Origin: Girardia tigrina
Lineage: Eukaryota
Direction of reading: 5' to 3'
DNA length: 64,000 nucleotides
Assembly: GCA_001938485.1 (NCBI GenBank)
Contig: MQRK01171103.1
Span: forward strand, 1 to 64,000
The first letter of the stretch is position 1. The number at the start of each line of letters is the position of its first letter. The notes below the pieces were generated by a model that saw only the letters and a list, made by a program, of their open reading frames with translations, made no database searches and was not told the DNA's origin. Positions 37,401 through 52,389 of the stretch are shown in pieces. Position numbers and translations under genes: made by a program.

Positions 37401-38851
37401 GCCAAACGAGTTTCTGATTTCATCGGACAGAGATTTCAAATTAGAAATTCGAAAGAATGAGAAAACTCGATATCTTGAACGTCTCAGACCATTATTAAAA
37501 ACGTTCGAAAATTAAATAAACGATCAATTGAAGATTCAAATAACTTGAGTTGCTGGCATTGATGTCCGCTCTTCTTCATAATCATAATCAAGCAACACAT
37601 TCGAATTATTTTTTTTGTCAGTTTTGAAGCGTAAAAACAACCTATAACTGATGTTACCAAACCTTGAATTCCTTATATAATACAATAATCTATGCAACAT
37701 TATTAAGTGTTTGATTGTATTAAGTCTGCATTAACTGGAAAAAAACAAATTAAGAGATCTTTTCGGTTAATAACTGAGGTAAAAGACCTTTTAAACAAAC
37801 AAATGCATATCTAAATTGTTCTTTTATGTTACTTACAAAATATATTTTTCCGATGATACGACAGATATTTCGTTTGATCAAATCCGCGTATTCATTTTGA
37901 TTTTTATTTTAAAGTATTTCAGGTATCCAACTTTTATACATTCAATATGGAGAACTGAATACGCAAATATAATTTATCAAAATAATTGAATTTTTTCATG
38001 AGAAAAAATAAAAAATTTTTCAGAAACAGAGATTTTAATTTTTGAATCAAAAATATTATTTTTTAAGAGTATAATCATCATAAAAAGAAAATTATTTAAA
38101 AGCAAAATTTCAAATGATCTTTGTCTTTGTCGAAAAATATGACACATTAATTATAAGTAATTATGGAAGCAAGGAGAGGCTTTCAATAGAATGTCACGTA
38201 CAGGTGGGGATCTGGGAGAGCGTTGCCGAACATCAAACGGTTTTATTTATTTAATTTTTCAACAAATGAAGTATGAAAAATATGACTATCTTAGGGTTTC
38301 GAAAAATACATGTGAACACTTTTGATAAAATTTTCAAATAATTCTTTTAGTAAAATTATTAATTTCAAACAAAATAATATTTAGTTTAAAAAAATTTGGA
38401 ATTTAAAATTAAAAATATTTTAGTCTTTGTTTTAATTGATCAATTTTCAAGGCTGATGAAAATAACTATATGAACAGCAGTAAATTTAGTTTAGTTTGCC
38501 CAAAAATATTTGCTAAAAATTTCGCCTAAGAAGAGTTCACGTAAACAAGTAAAGTGAATACCAAATTTATTTTATTTTTATTTTAACCTTTAAAATATTG
38601 TTTTATTAAAGAAACCATAAGTATCCCGTATGGGAGAAAAAGGTTTTTGAATTTAAAGTTTTAATCGTTCGTTTTTGGAGATTCACAGTCTTTACTGTAA
38701 TATGATAACTCGCACGAAATATTGATTTGTGTTTGTGTTCTGTCATCAATTATTATTTGTTGAATTATTCGAAATAAAGTTTCATAAAGAATTTGTGTTC
38801 ATTATTCATATATTTATGTTGGAAGTCCTTTCTGATTAATTGGAGTCAGAT

Positions 38852-38985
38852 CAAAGATTTAAGATTTCAGATTAAAGATATAAAGATTAAAGCTTAAAGA
38901 ATAAAAACTAAAGAATGAAGATTTACGATTAAAGATTAAAGATAAAGATTTGTGTTTAAAAAGTAAACATTTGAAATTAAAGATA
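38852..38985. repeat. Degenerate (TAAAGAT)n tandem repeat
   Basis: Many AAAGATT/TAAAGAT heptamer variants in tandem. Confidence 0.75.
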
Positions 38986-40921
38986 ATTTAATACCCAACA
39001 TTTATACAAAAGGATAACAGAAAAATAACCTAAATAAATTTTATTATAGATGCTTTTTTAATTTTAAAATAAGATTTACAGGTTTTTTACTTTAATTTGA
39101 TAAAATAATACAAATCAGAGGAAGGAAGAATTGTAAAAAGGTTAAAATGGAAAAATACCGAAAAATAATGTCATAACGGATTTTAAATTCTGGTTAATAA
39201 AATATATTTTTCACATTGGAATACTGTCAACATTTATTGCAACAATGACGTGCAAATCTACTGTCTTATTCAAGATGCAAGATTTAATTTACATTTTTTA
39301 GAAGAAAGAAAACGATCCACTGCCTACAGCTTTAAGGAGTCCAAAATATCTGAGAAAAGAAATTCAAAAAGTAACATACAATCTCAAAGTCAATCTTTTG
39401 TAAAAATATTTTTTCAACCGTATGTAGTATCATTTATGTACTTAAATGTTTAAAGAACGCGTCAAATAAGGTTAATACAAACTCAAATTATATTTCACAG
39501 AAATTACTTTCTTTTAAAAAACAAATATTTTTTTCTGAATATCGTTTTTGACTTTTTATTTTTGTAAACAATAAAAGATATTAAAATTCGTTTTCTGTGT
39601 CCTATGTATAATTTAAAAAAAATCTAGTTCTCTAAAATTTCGAGCAAATAAAATATATTATAATAATAAAAATCTGAAAATAATCACTGCGTCTCATACG
39701 ACGGATTCAAAAGCATATAGTAGTGTGAATGTGTCGCCAGAGTTCCATTCAACACCGTTGACTAATGTGTTTTGCACTTATATGAAACATAATAAATATG
39801 TTTCATTTGACATTCACCAACTTTTATCATCTATTAATAGCACTTTGTGTGCGATCAAATCAAATCAAACAGATTAGATTGTTTTACTGTTGATTAATCA
39901 ACAACTCTAAGCTTATTAAGGGTCGTCATCCTTTGCCACAGTACGTATGACTTATCGGTTAGACCTGAGTAAAAGTCAGATGAAATAAATTAACTTTGAT
40001 TGCATTGTGAAGTTTTTGTAAATAAATTGTGTATGTTGACTTCCTCAATCTTCTGTGTTGTGAATTTGTTTTAAATTACATGACTCTCAAGTCCTTATTA
40101 CTTGAAAGAACTTGATACATATTGAATTTATCTTTGGCCATTTTCAATCTATTGTTTGGAGCAATGAATACAAATAAAAATGAATAGTTATGATATAGAT
40201 AATTTAAAATTTAGTTCAATTATATAATAAGTTGAAATTTAAGATGAACAAATTACATTACAATTTATTTTAAATAATAAATTAAAAGTTAAGATATTCT
40301 ATTATTATTAAGATAAATTCAAATTAAGATATTATGTATATTTTTTAAAAGATGCTCTAAATACAAAATGATACACGATATGAAGAAGACTTAAATGCGA
40401 ATCAATATGGGAAAATTAAACAAGACCCCTCTACGATGGTTTAAATAATACATTACATAATATATATTTAATAGATATTTCCGCATTAAAAGCTAGTTAC
40501 AAACCAGTGAAAGGAAGTAGATGAATTCTCATGAAAATGATTAAAAATGGTGTGTTAGGTCTTTATGAATAAAATTAATCAACACTGATGTATTAGTGAA
40601 ACACTCTAGCAAATATAAATGTTAGCTCTGGCACTAATGTAAACTATTCGGAATTTTACCAACGGCTGGGATTACTCACAAAATCAACAGTCAATATACA
40701 CGATTTACCAATCTTAAACACAAAGAAAAAAAGTTTAATAACATTTTATTGTATTTACAAATGAACCTAAAACGTGACTGTCTTCATACGAGGGATTGGA
40801 TTTCGTGTATTGAGAAGAATAAATATAGCAATGAGGATTATGACTAAGATTAGGAACACTGTGTGTATAATTTAATTAATAATTTTGTTTTGCAATGACT
40901 GAATATTCGAAATTATCTTAC

Positions 40922-41031
40922 TTGGTCTGGTAACTTTCAGATACGAACTGGTGTTGATAGAACCATAATCATTCTCAGCAGTGCAAATGTACGTACCTTC
41001 ATCGCTGAAGTCAACATCTTCAAGCTTTAAT
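40922..41031 (-). CDS. ror: ROR-like receptor, exon D: Ig domain C-terminal half
   Basis: aattcag|A...CCAA|gtaaga, 110 nt, phase 2-1. Encodes LKLEDVDFSDEGTYICTAENDYGSINTSSYLKVTRP (DxGxYxC I-set motif). Confidence 0.93.
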
Positions 41032-41084
41032 CTGAATTGCGCTTATTATATTCTCTTTCTTGATTAAAATAATTATAAACATAC

Positions 41085-41262
41085 GAACTGCCCCAAAATT
41101 CATGTCTTATTTTTATTTTCTGTTTTATATCTTTCAATGGAAGTAAGTCCTTTTTCCAATAATATTGAGGCATTGGTTTGCCAGTGATATCACAATGAAA
41201 GGTTGCCCTTTTTCCAGTGTCAAGGATGAGATTGGTCAGATTTTTATTCAATTTTATGAAAC
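41085..41262 (-). CDS. ror: ROR-like receptor, exon C: Ig domain N-terminal half
   Basis: gttttag|GT...AGTTC|gtatgt, 178 nt, phase 1-2. Encodes (G)FIKLNKNLTNLILDTGKRATFHCDITGKPMPQYYWKKD...FWGS(S). Followed by a 53-nt intron to exon D. Confidence 0.93.
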
Positions 41263-42032
41263 CTAAAACAACAAATTTATATAATAATAATTAAAGTTAC
41301 GGTAATAATTTTAAAGTCACAGAGTATACATAAAAGGGTCACATTTGGATACGATGTGATGTACATTTTTTTATTATATAAGTCTTATTTATGTTTCTAA
41401 TTGTAATACACAAATCTTAAAAACATCAAAATTATGTGCGAATAAGAATAAACATTTGGGAAATATTACTGATATGTACACATATTCTTACAGGTAATAT
41501 TTACTCCAAACTCACAACGACTTTATTAACATATTCATGTAATCTTATATTGTAATTGAATGTATTTGTCAATTGTTCCACTTTTATAAAACAGTTGTTA
41601 GAAACACCTCATAATGTGACGATAACTATGAAATATGTCGTAACTCTATTGTAATATGTATTATCATTTGTTTTAATACTAGTTTTGTTGGTAAAATACA
41701 CAAGTACTTTGTGTATTGGGTTATTTTTACATCTGTCTCTTGAGACATTATAATTTCCTGATTTTATCCTTCAGAATATAAAGTCTCTATAAGAGTATAA
41801 ATAAACGAATAACATTTTATAATTACAATAATATTTTCGTATGATCAAAGAATTTGACTAAAAAATAATAAAAAGCTATATCATAGCTTAAACCAAAGTA
41901 CCTAATAAACAAATGGGTTCAAGTTACGAGTAGTTACCAGACTAATTAGAATATAACAGTTATTAATATTTTTTATAATCTGTAATACGTTGTGTCACGT
42001 AATATGCGATAAATTTGTTGTTTGATCTAGTA

Positions 42033-44557
42033 CAGTTGTTCCTAACCTGCGGGTAATTACCCACAGGGGGGTAAAAAGGCATCCACTAAATTTTAGTGAT
42101 GCCTTCTTTGTTAATAAAAAAAACAGTACAGTAACGCATTTGGTTCATGTAACATATACTCTATTGATATCGAAACTGCGTGTATAAACAAATTTGAACT
42201 GATAGTGGTTGAGCATGTATTCCGACGCATTATGGCGTTTGAGCTCCACAATGCGCACACGCGATGCGCCGTGACTCAGTACCCAGTCTATCGGGCCGTA
42301 TTCGTAGTTTGAGATTTAAACAAGTCATATTTAAACAAGTCAAGTTCAATTGTCTCTCATTGCATATAACTACCAGTTTTGAAATAATTACAATATTATT
42401 TACTTTTTTGACTGTAAGTAGTAACAAACAGTGATAATTAATTATAATTAGTTTTTTCTCAATATTCATAAAAGTAAAAGTTAACATTTTTATTTTTTCC
42501 TTAGATAACTTTTTTATGAATATTTTAGGGGTCATGAGTTCTAATACCTCAAAAAAGCGCTCATATAAAGAAGCATTTTACAATGGGGATTCACGAATAT
42601 TCTAGATAGGAATGTGGAAAAGCCTCAGTGTGTTCTATGTAATAAAGTGCTTAATACAGAGAGCATGAAGCCGAGTAAATTAAAAGAACATTTCAAGAGA
42701 GTTCACAAAGAGTTTGCAGATAAAGATATAGATTTTTTAAGAGAAAAGAGAGTTTTCTGAAGTCTGTGCGATTTGATTCAACAGGAAATATGCAAAAGGC
42801 AAATGAATCATATCTTCAAGCTTCATATCAAATTTCTTATCGTATTGCTATGAATAAAAAACCGCACACTATAGGAGAGGATCTCATCAAACCTTGTTTG
42901 TATGATGCAGTATCACTCGTCATTGGCAAGAAACATGTGGCTAAGATCAAACAAATATCACTTTCAAATACTACAGTTCAAAGCCACATTTCAGACTTGA
43001 GTAACGATATTATGGCAACCATTATTGATGAAATGAAAGGAAGTTCTATGTTTGCACTGCAATTAGATGAGTCTACAGATGTAGCTTTGTGTTCACAGCT
43101 ACTGGCATATTAAAGATGACTGTGTAAAAGAGAAATACCTGTTCTGTAAGTCCTTATCAACCACTACACGTGGAGAAGATATTTTTGAAACGCTGAAACA
43201 GGTTATTGAGGAAAACGATCTGGAGTGGTCAAAGCTGATCGGTATTTGTACAGACGGCCTTCCATGATGGGTGTCCGCTCTGGATTTCAAGCACTCGTGA
43301 AACAAGTTGCTCCTCAAGTTTTATCCTATCATTGTCTCATTCATCGCTACGCTTTGGCTGTTAAGACGCTTCCATCAGAATTACTAAGCACGTTGAATGA
43401 CATAGGGAAAATTTTGAACCATGTTCGTGGCAATGCAACAAACACCAGATTACTTAAAGTTTTATGTTGGTGCCAAATTTAACTCTCTTTTGTACCACAC
43501 AGAGGTACGTTGGTTATCACGAGGCAGGGTTTTGAACAGGGTTTACGAGCTCCGTGAAGAAATAGGATTATTTTTTGAAAAACAGAAAACACAAAAAGAA
43601 AAAGAGTACCTGTCAAAAATAAAAGACAAAACATTTGTTGAAAAGCTAGCGTATCTTGCTGATTTCTTCAGTGAAATCAACAATCTTAATATTTCTTGGC
43701 AAGGAAATATGACGAATATTTTGACAGCACAGGATAAAGTTTCCGGTTTTGTACGTAAATTAGAACTTTACCAAGGCAGAGTGCAAACTGGCGATGTGTC
43801 GATGTTTACACAACTCTGTTAGCAATTGTTAAATACCGAAGCCAGCAAAATCACATTTAGAAATGCCGTGGCTCAACATTTATCTACAATAATAGAGTCA
43901 CTGAAGCAATATTTTCCGGATTTGGATAATCGTCAGTCCAATTCTTGGATATTATGACCCTTTTCTACTGTTGATGACATTTTTAAAGACGAGGATGTAG
44001 CGGCAAAAGTAGAATTTCTTGGACTCCGCGAGAATAATACTTTTAAAGTAGAATTTCAAAATTATGATCTCTGCAAATTTTTGGTTAAAGCAGGTACCGA
44101 ATATTCTGTTATAGCCATCAGAGCTTTAAAATGGTAATAGCCTTCGCCACCACTTATAGATGCGATAGTAGTTTTTCGACTTTAGTTTCATTGAAAACAA
44201 AGCTCAGAAACCGTCTCAATGTGGAATATGACTTGAAATGCGCTTTAAGTGACACTAAACCTAATATAAAAAACGTGTAAATTCAAAACAATTCCAAACT
44301 TCACACTGAATATTTTTAATTCATAGTTAAAATATAAAACAAAGTAATATTGTAATACTGTTTTGCAATTTGTGTTTTTCTATTTACTCACAATGTATCC
44401 AGTTTTCTGACGAACTGCTAGTCAATGACAAATTTGTAATTAATAAACATTAAAATTCGCTTGCATAGTGTGTTTTTATAGCATTTTTAAGTTGGGGTAA
44501 AATCCGTTTTCCTAACAGGTTACAGGGGTAGCAACATAAAAAGGTTAGGAACCACTG
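42033..44557 (+). mobile_element. Full-length hAT transposon, Buster/Charlie (ZBED5/SCAND3-like) type, transposase inactivated
   Basis: TIRs CAGTTGTTCCTAACCT and AGGTTAGGAACCACTG (15/16). 8-bp TSD ATCTAGTA (42025-32, 44558-65) with central TA. Frameshifted ORF at about 42535-44309 with a BED finger (PQCVLC...MKPSKLKEH), KPHTIGE, LDESTD, HCLIHR and HTEVRWLSRG. Confidence 0.96.
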
Positions 44558-46287
44558 ATCTAGTAGATTTAACTCTTAAACGAAACCATGGATGAAATTT
44601 CACCCCATGACATTATTTTCTATATTAATACGTTAATTGTCGCGGCGGTCAACGGTAACTGACATTTTCATAGCATAAAAATCCACGACAGTTAACTCGT
44701 CGAACAAACTTTAGTTCTTGTTATTCCTAGTTCTTTTGTATTTATTTGTGTATAGACAGTCCAATTAGTGAATTCACGAAAATATATACATGAGATGCAA
44801 TTTCATTATACGATTGATGTTATTTATTGGAATGATAGCTTTTATGGGTCAATATTTGACTATTTGCAGTTAATACTTGATTGTTTAGAAGTAATTCAGA
44901 ATTTATTTGGAAATTCTTTTGACACTGCTAAATTCCTAGCTTTAGAATTCAATAAATATTCAGTATAATATTCAAAATTTATGTACTCAATTAATGATTA
45001 CTTTGATTACGTGGTTTCTTGGTAATCTATTTGTCTAATTTTTTATCTGGTTTTGCAGTATCTTATCTTATGCTTTTAATTTACTTTTTCTTAAGTTATT
45101 CTAAACAAAATTTTTAAAAATTTTATTATTTGATTTTAATATTAATAAGAAATATTAGATCACTTCAAAATATATTTTAAAGCGATTAATAATGTTTAAT
45201 TATTAAAACAAAATATTTAATGCGATAATATTTAACGACAAATAACGCGTATTCCCAGATTCACGTAAACGCATTGTGAATCGTGGATAACGCCTCCAGG
45301 ACAAACAGAAAATATTTTAACATTTATATCGCATGTTAATTGTAACAAGTTTCTTGTTTCGTATGTTTCATTTATATTAACTAATATAATTTTATATTCC
45401 AATTAAAATTTTAAATGCCAAATAATTTCTGGAAACTATTGCAAAATATCCAATGGATATTCTCTATTAACTGTCAACTAGAACTTATTTTATAAAATTA
45501 TTATTTATAATTTATTTATTTTAATAATAATAATAATAACAATCATGAGTTGATAATTCAAAAATAAATTAATAGTTCATAAACCCAGTGCCAGTAGACA
45601 TGATAGAAATTATATATTTTTTATGAATGGCTCCATAATATCACGAGTTGTCAAGTGGATAATAATTTATAATAATAATTTAATAATAATGAACGAGGCC
45701 GATAATGAGAGACACTCGTCCCCGTCCTCCTGCGACTGCTCTCTGCCTGGTGAGTCACGGCCTGTTAATTATCACCCTTCAACTTGCACTGGGTTCCACG
45801 ACAATGTAGGATTATCCACTGGACAGCACCACCGCTGCTCGTTGGACTAATTAACATTGACATGAATAGTTGTGTTGCATTTCGGTTGTAATTAACCGCC
45901 TTAATCATGGTCAGTAACTGAACACGTACGACTAACTGCATGGATGTTGCTGGGGGCGATGGTCAGGTCTTAGAATTCTCCATGATAAATTGTACCAAAT
46001 ATTAAGGAATTGCTCACCTTAACAAGGACCAATCAATTTATTGACAGTTCTATCTGTTTACGTTATTAAAGTCCCCCCTATTACTAATAGATCTAAAAAT
46101 TTTCCCAAATTAGTGTTAACAAAACTGATAAGTTACAAATTAATTTTTTCTTATTTTTTTCCAAAAAAAATAATTGCTTTTTTTACGATTTTTTGTTATT
46201 TCGAAACATAAAATTTGATTTTTCAATTAAAAAATTTCATTAAATATTAATTCATCTCAGTGTTTTGTTTCTCAACATAAAAATTAC

Positions 46288-46331
46288 CTTTAGATTCAGG
46301 CAGCGATTTGGAATCAGTTGGTTTATTATCT
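46288..46331 (-). CDS. ror: ROR-like receptor, exon B: 44-nt N-terminal microexon
   Basis: atttttcag|A...AAAG|gtaatt, phase 2-1. Encodes DNKPTDSKSLPESK(G), in phase with exons A and C. Confidence 0.7.
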
Positions 46332-49300
46332 CTGAAAAATGAAAATAAATTTAAATTAATACTTGGATTAGTTGTGTTTTACTCAAAAATATCGGCCACG
46401 CTCTCACTGCTTTTACGGAACAACTATTAATTGGAAATTTTGAAAATAAATTTTTTAGAGGAGAGTGAGACGAATTTGCGCTTGGTTTTTGGAAAATATT
46501 AATGGGAAATTCTGTCATTATAGAAGATTAACAGGTGAATCGTAAAGTAAATTTGGTAATTTGCTGATTTCTATCAATCTAATATAGGAAAATTCTGATG
46601 AATTTGTTTTTCAAAACTACCGCTTTCAGGAATCTGATTTTCCTCATGTTAATAATTTGAGATAATAAGCTATACCATTCGCGATTTATAATGATTACTT
46701 TTATTATTGTATTCATTATTTACAAGGGTGAACAAATACAATATAAGTCTGTATTTATTATTAATATGAAAAATAATAAATCAATAAAAAGTTAATTCTA
46801 AAACTATTATCTAGACTAGATCAAATAATTATTTTAATTTTATTAGATACACATTTAATGATTACTCAATCTTATATAATGGTGTTTTAAAGTATTTATT
46901 CAATAACTATTTAAAAAATAAACAATGAAACGCGATAAAAAAAGGATTCGTAAGATGCAAAAAATACATACGGTAACATACCCGAAAGTTTAATAAATTA
47001 AAATAAAATATATTTTTAAATAATGATTGTTAGATATGTAACAACGATAAAGAAAGAAGAACAACGACAATTTCAAGATTTATTTAATTCTCACAATTTC
47101 AGATGATATTTAAACAAACTAATTTCTTTTATTTTCATTTCATAGTTTTACTTCAATTTATATCGACAAGATGTTCTAGAATATCCTCAGGATTACTATT
47201 AAAAGTCAATTCAGACATCCAAATTTTATTATAATAGAAAGTTTTGAAAAAAGTGATTAACACTAATATTTAAACAAACTTATTTTTTTAGAAACAATTT
47301 GTTTTATAATTCTTTAAACGCTACAAATAAAAATACTTATAATATTAATATTTGATTTTATTTTAATTGTATAAATTTTGCCTTTAATATAATTTATATT
47401 TTAAATTACAATAACATTTACAATTATTTAATTGTGACGTTAATTTTTATTAATTTTAAAATTTCTTTTACAATCATGATTTTTAAATTACACATTTTTT
47501 AATTTTCTACATTTCAATTGGTATATTTAATTTACGTTATTTCAAAAATATTCAATAAAATTTCGGAATTCCTAACAATGATAAATAAAACACAAAGAAA
47601 ATTATTTTATCAATTTTATTTATAAGAAAATTCTATAAATATACCTAAATTCTAATTGAATAGTTCTAAATATAAAATGAAGAAACTTCACTCAATAAAT
47701 AAAGATTTTTAATTTTTAATTTTTAATTTAATCGATTATTTAAATTGATAGTTTGTTTTATAAATATACTTTTTGAAAATAATCATTCTCGGCGTTTTCT
47801 TTTATTTATATTCAGTATTACATGAACGTTATCAATTTGTTGAGATTAAAAATTATATTTAATTAATCAATACAATTAATATGACTGTTAGAATTTATCT
47901 TAAAATTAATTTTAAGATTCTACTTTTCTGTAAAAATTACTATGATGAATTTTAATTTTAATATTACTTTTATTAATATTTGACTTATTAATAAATTATA
48001 TTATTCAAATTATATTAATATTACCGTATTCGTATTTTTATAGTTGGCTCCCTAAATTTTTCATCATTCGTTAGGACGGGAAGATAATGTACATGAATCT
48101 AACTAACGGTTAAATTAGGAAGTACAGATTTTCAATATTACAAGGTTACTAAATAGAATAAATATAATATTTAATGCAAATTTTAGACATTTTACTTTAT
48201 AATCAATGTACTAAGAACCGCCATTATGTTAATTAAAATTAATTAAATATTTTTTTAACTTTAATGCATTTTCCAATATTTTCAATCATAAATCAACAAC
48301 ACTTGTACTATCTTGTACTTAAATGTATTAAAATCTTCTATTTTAAAATCAATTGATCATAAAACTTTGGATGTGAAAATAATATCCAAATCTCGAAACA
48401 TTTAAAATATTTTTAGTAATAAATATCTTTAACTATCCTTTGACTTTATCAGTGAGTTTCTTGTGATGGGTGCAATACTAAAAATGCATTGAAGAGATTT
48501 CATGTCATCTCTGTCATTAATGAGAATAAACGATAGGGGAATGGTATCAATATTGATTTGGACATTAATTTTCGAGATCGAAATGGAAAATAACTAATTG
48601 TAAAATACTTTGAAGTAATTTTAAACAATATTGGGTGAGAGTTTCTTGTGATGATTTTGTTGATATTATTTGATCAATTATTAAATAGGTGAACTATATA
48701 TTGTCATTTTATTATGTTAGACAAATCACAATTGTTCCTTATTTATTAAAGATTGCAAGGAATATAGTCCACTAAAATACATCACGAAATATTTAAAGCA
48801 TTTAATAGATTATTGACTACCCGGTGGCGTTTATTATTATAATATTAAACAAATGTAATTATTTTCTAAATAAATAACTTTGTTCGATTGCTTGAATCAA
48901 ATTTTCATGCGTCCTTTGCAACACTACAAACTCTTAAAATCTAACAACAAGCGTGAGAAGTAAATGAAAAAGTTGCAATTCTAAAAATCCCATCGTCAAA
49001 GCAAATAAAAAGGATTTCATGATTTCTGAGGCCATGAAGTTTCGTTTGGACAATGTGTCGTAAGAGAAAAGTATCATTTTTCAATCCAAAATCGCTGTTA
49101 ATTTTAAATTAAAACAAATGCAAATAAATATTCTAATTATCTAATATTCAAACGACTTTTATAAGAAAAATGGAAATCTCAAAACTTCTAAGTGAATAAG
49201 TCATCCAGAAGCTTGTGACAAGCTTAATGGATAAACCAGATTATAAATATAATTAATTACTATAATAAAACAAGACAAATCAAGAGATCATCATATAAAG

Positions 49301-49809
49301 ATACATGAACACGATTTATAGACGGTTTTACTGTCGTAAATCAAAATTGTGTTATAAATGATTTTCTTAGAGCATAATGGTATGAAAAAGTATCAAATGA
49401 CAGTTCCTGTAACGGTGATAGTGCATGAAGATTTTGTTTTTAAAAAGTTAATCAAAGAAATATATAAGGACATTTAAAACCCAACTGATTCTTTCAGAAA
49501 TGAAAAATCGAATGAAGAATTGATGAAACTGGAGTAGTTTGTGTTGAATAAGTAATGGGGTACGCTTCTAAGTTATTTTATCATATTTGACTTACCACCC
49601 ATAGCTTACGTACATGGCGAACGTTCAATGTTTTCGAAAAATATGGTACTATTTTATTAATTTTCAATTATAATTAATCAATTGAAAAGTTTCATTTTCG
49701 AATGAGTACACATTGGAGAGTCTAATTGCGAATATTTGAAAGAATAGCTTTAATATAAAGTTTTGAGTCAAAATATATTGAAACTACTAAATATTTAAGT
49801 AAACAATTT

Positions 49810-51266
49810 TTAGAATAGGGAATAAGTTCGTAGCGTTTTTATATTTTCTTTTATTTAACAAAGAGTTTTTGCTGTTTGACAAATTCAATAGAGCTTTTTT
49901 TGCTTTACAAAACTGTGCTAATCATCTTTTAAAGTAATTTAATTTGTTATTACTTTCTAAGATTAGAAATTGAATATATAGGAGCATAAAAACAAGATTT
50001 TTAGCACCTACTCTTCTTCACTTTTTATCGACTTTAAAAAGTTGCTGATGCAGCCCGTGACACTTACAAAAAGGGCGATTTTCAGGTTGACATACCCTGC
50101 AGCGAAAGACTCTGAATTTGATGAAGAATATCACTTTTGAAAGAGGATGATCACCAGAAAACTGAACTACAAAACTGAACTCATAAAACAATTCTCAATA
50201 TTCTTCATTCAATAGAACTGGCTAAGCAAATTAGAATAATGGATGCTTAACAAGTCTAACAAAAACAACAAAGAAAATTGTCTCAACACCTCATCCGCCA
50301 CCTAGCAAGAAAAGATCCTAAAGTGCGCTTTTTATACCGAAGCGTTACCAGAAATGAGAAATTGTGCCTATGAGGAATATTTTAAATTGTGTATGGATGT
50401 TGTGTGTTTATTTGAGTTTGCTGAAATTTGAATTGTGATTATACTAGATAGTTTGAAAATTTGTGCTTTATTGTAGTTTTGATAACTAATCATTCAAACA
50501 GAATTGACATTGAAAAAAATCAAACAATAAAACAAATTAGAATGATGAAAAATGGTAAAAAGAACTTTCCAGAGTTTTGATCACTCTAAATGGAATATAA
50601 TTTAAAGGTTGCATAGTAATTGCGTCGGTGCTCTTAACGGTGTCTATACATAAATATGAAGCAGAAAATGAGTGAATGTTTTCGGGAGATACGCTAAAGC
50701 CGAGAGTCAAATCGAAACTACATCTAAAGAAGAACATCATCGGTGTTTAATCGAACTAGAAAGACAGGATGTATTGTAGAATGCTCAAACAAAATACTAT
50801 GGTCACCAAGAAACTTTGCATAGCCCAGAAACACCGCGTGAAAGAGGCTAGTCGACTGAAAATACCCTCATCGACAAGGTAAAACCATACCCCTTCATGA
50901 CAACACTAGATCTCATGTTGTACAAGTCGTCAAAACAGCACTTTTGAAAGCTTCAATGTGTGATCCATTAGTGTAAGACATATTGTTCTGGAGGGATTAT
51001 TATTACCCACGGATTACCATTTTGCCGCTCCTTGCCGAACCATATGAGGGGTGTGACTTTCAAAAACAAAGAGGACCTTTTAAAATTGTCTGAAATACTT
51101 CTTCAATACCAGACTGGGCAACTTGCGGCGGAACAACATCGAAAAGTTCATCTAGAGGTGGGAGGACATCGCGAACAGTAAGGGCTAATACATAATTGAT
51201 TAATTTATTGTTAGATATATTGATTTTGTTTAGATAAGAATGCTAGGAACATATTCCACAACCAAA
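49810..51266 (+). mobile_element. Old mariner copy, interrupted by an insertion at about 50371-50810
   Basis: Decayed TIRs GGAATAAGTTCGTAGCGTT and AATGCTAGGAACATATTCC. Remnant motifs RFLYRSVTRNEKLCL, LHDNTRSHV, PTDYHF and RWEDIANSKG*YIID*. Confidence 0.7.
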
Positions 51267-52389
51267 TATCATATTTTATTTTTTATTGCATTTCTTTCGA
51301 CTTTTTTGATGGTAAGAAGGATAAATAAATAATTATAAATTTTATTAAAAAAATTACAACAAATCCTCAAACTGGAAATTTCAGTTCTAGAATTTGTCAA
51401 ACCTAATCAATCATAAGTGCATTATTACAAATCTACAATTCCACCCCGACTCGGTAGAGGGCCATCCCTTCTCCGCGCTCTTCTCGAGGATACTTATCCT
51501 AACTCTCTTAAGAATAAATTATCTGATTCATCAATTTTTAGAGTCAGTGTTAATTTTTCTCTAAGATACAATCAAGATTTTTTTGCTTATTTAGAAATCA
51601 AGTTAAAAGAATCTATGAATAACTCTACGATTTAAGTGGGGGTAATAATACTTTTTGATACTATAATTATGATCAAATTAAATTTATTGATTAATTTAAA
51701 AAACAAAGATATTTTATTTTTAAGGAATGAAGCAATTTACTTTGAAATAAAAATCAGGAAGTAAATTTCGTTATTGAAATAATTTTTTGTTTAGATAAAA
51801 TCAAATTTTCATTAAATAGAAAATTAGAGGGTAAATTAAAATAAATTTATGAAAAATCGAAGTTTAATAATAAATATATTAAAACCACGATTGGAATTTC
51901 ATTAAAAAAGATAAAATTTTTCTGTCATCCACTTGACCTTAGTTGCTAGGGATTATATGAATAGACCTCTGTCAAAATATTTAAATAATATTTATATTAT
52001 TATCTTCTCGTATACATTTTGCCAAACAAATATGCTATTTCCAAACCCATTCACTGAAACACAGTAATTAACATATTTTCCTCAGTGTAAATAGGTTCAT
52101 ATAAAATAAAAGACTTCTTTATTAGAAGGAAATCCTTCTAGACATAGTAGATAATTTTTATTAAGTTGTACCTTTAAATCTAATATTCCGTCTTTAAATG
52201 AAAATATAGTTTAAAATTAAAATTATGATGAAAATTATCGTTAAGAAATTTTACCTTTGAAATATTTATGTGAAAAAATAAAATATAATTATGAAAACTA
52301 TCACAAGTGAAATGGAGATACTTATTACTTTATATAAAACTTTACATAAGTAAGTCTTTTTCTATGCTTATGCTTTATATATATAAATA

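Noticed and set aside
37384-37423. ATG-initiated mini-exon MKSETRLAVVMGL followed by a GTAAGT donor (minus strand), as an alternative first exon of ror
   Set aside because: Splicing to the next exon (E) creates an immediate TAG, the hydrophobic core is too short for a signal peptide, and no good acceptor exists for the other frames.
45707-45760. Possible second HDV-like fold (GTC-CTCCTGC-GAC)
   Set aside because: L3 lacks the UCC register, there is no GG for P1.1 after the putative P1, and no P2/J4-2 could be found.
48300-48700. Possible LINE RT remnant (RDLDIIFTSK on the minus strand)
   Set aside because: A single weak motif with no continuous frame.
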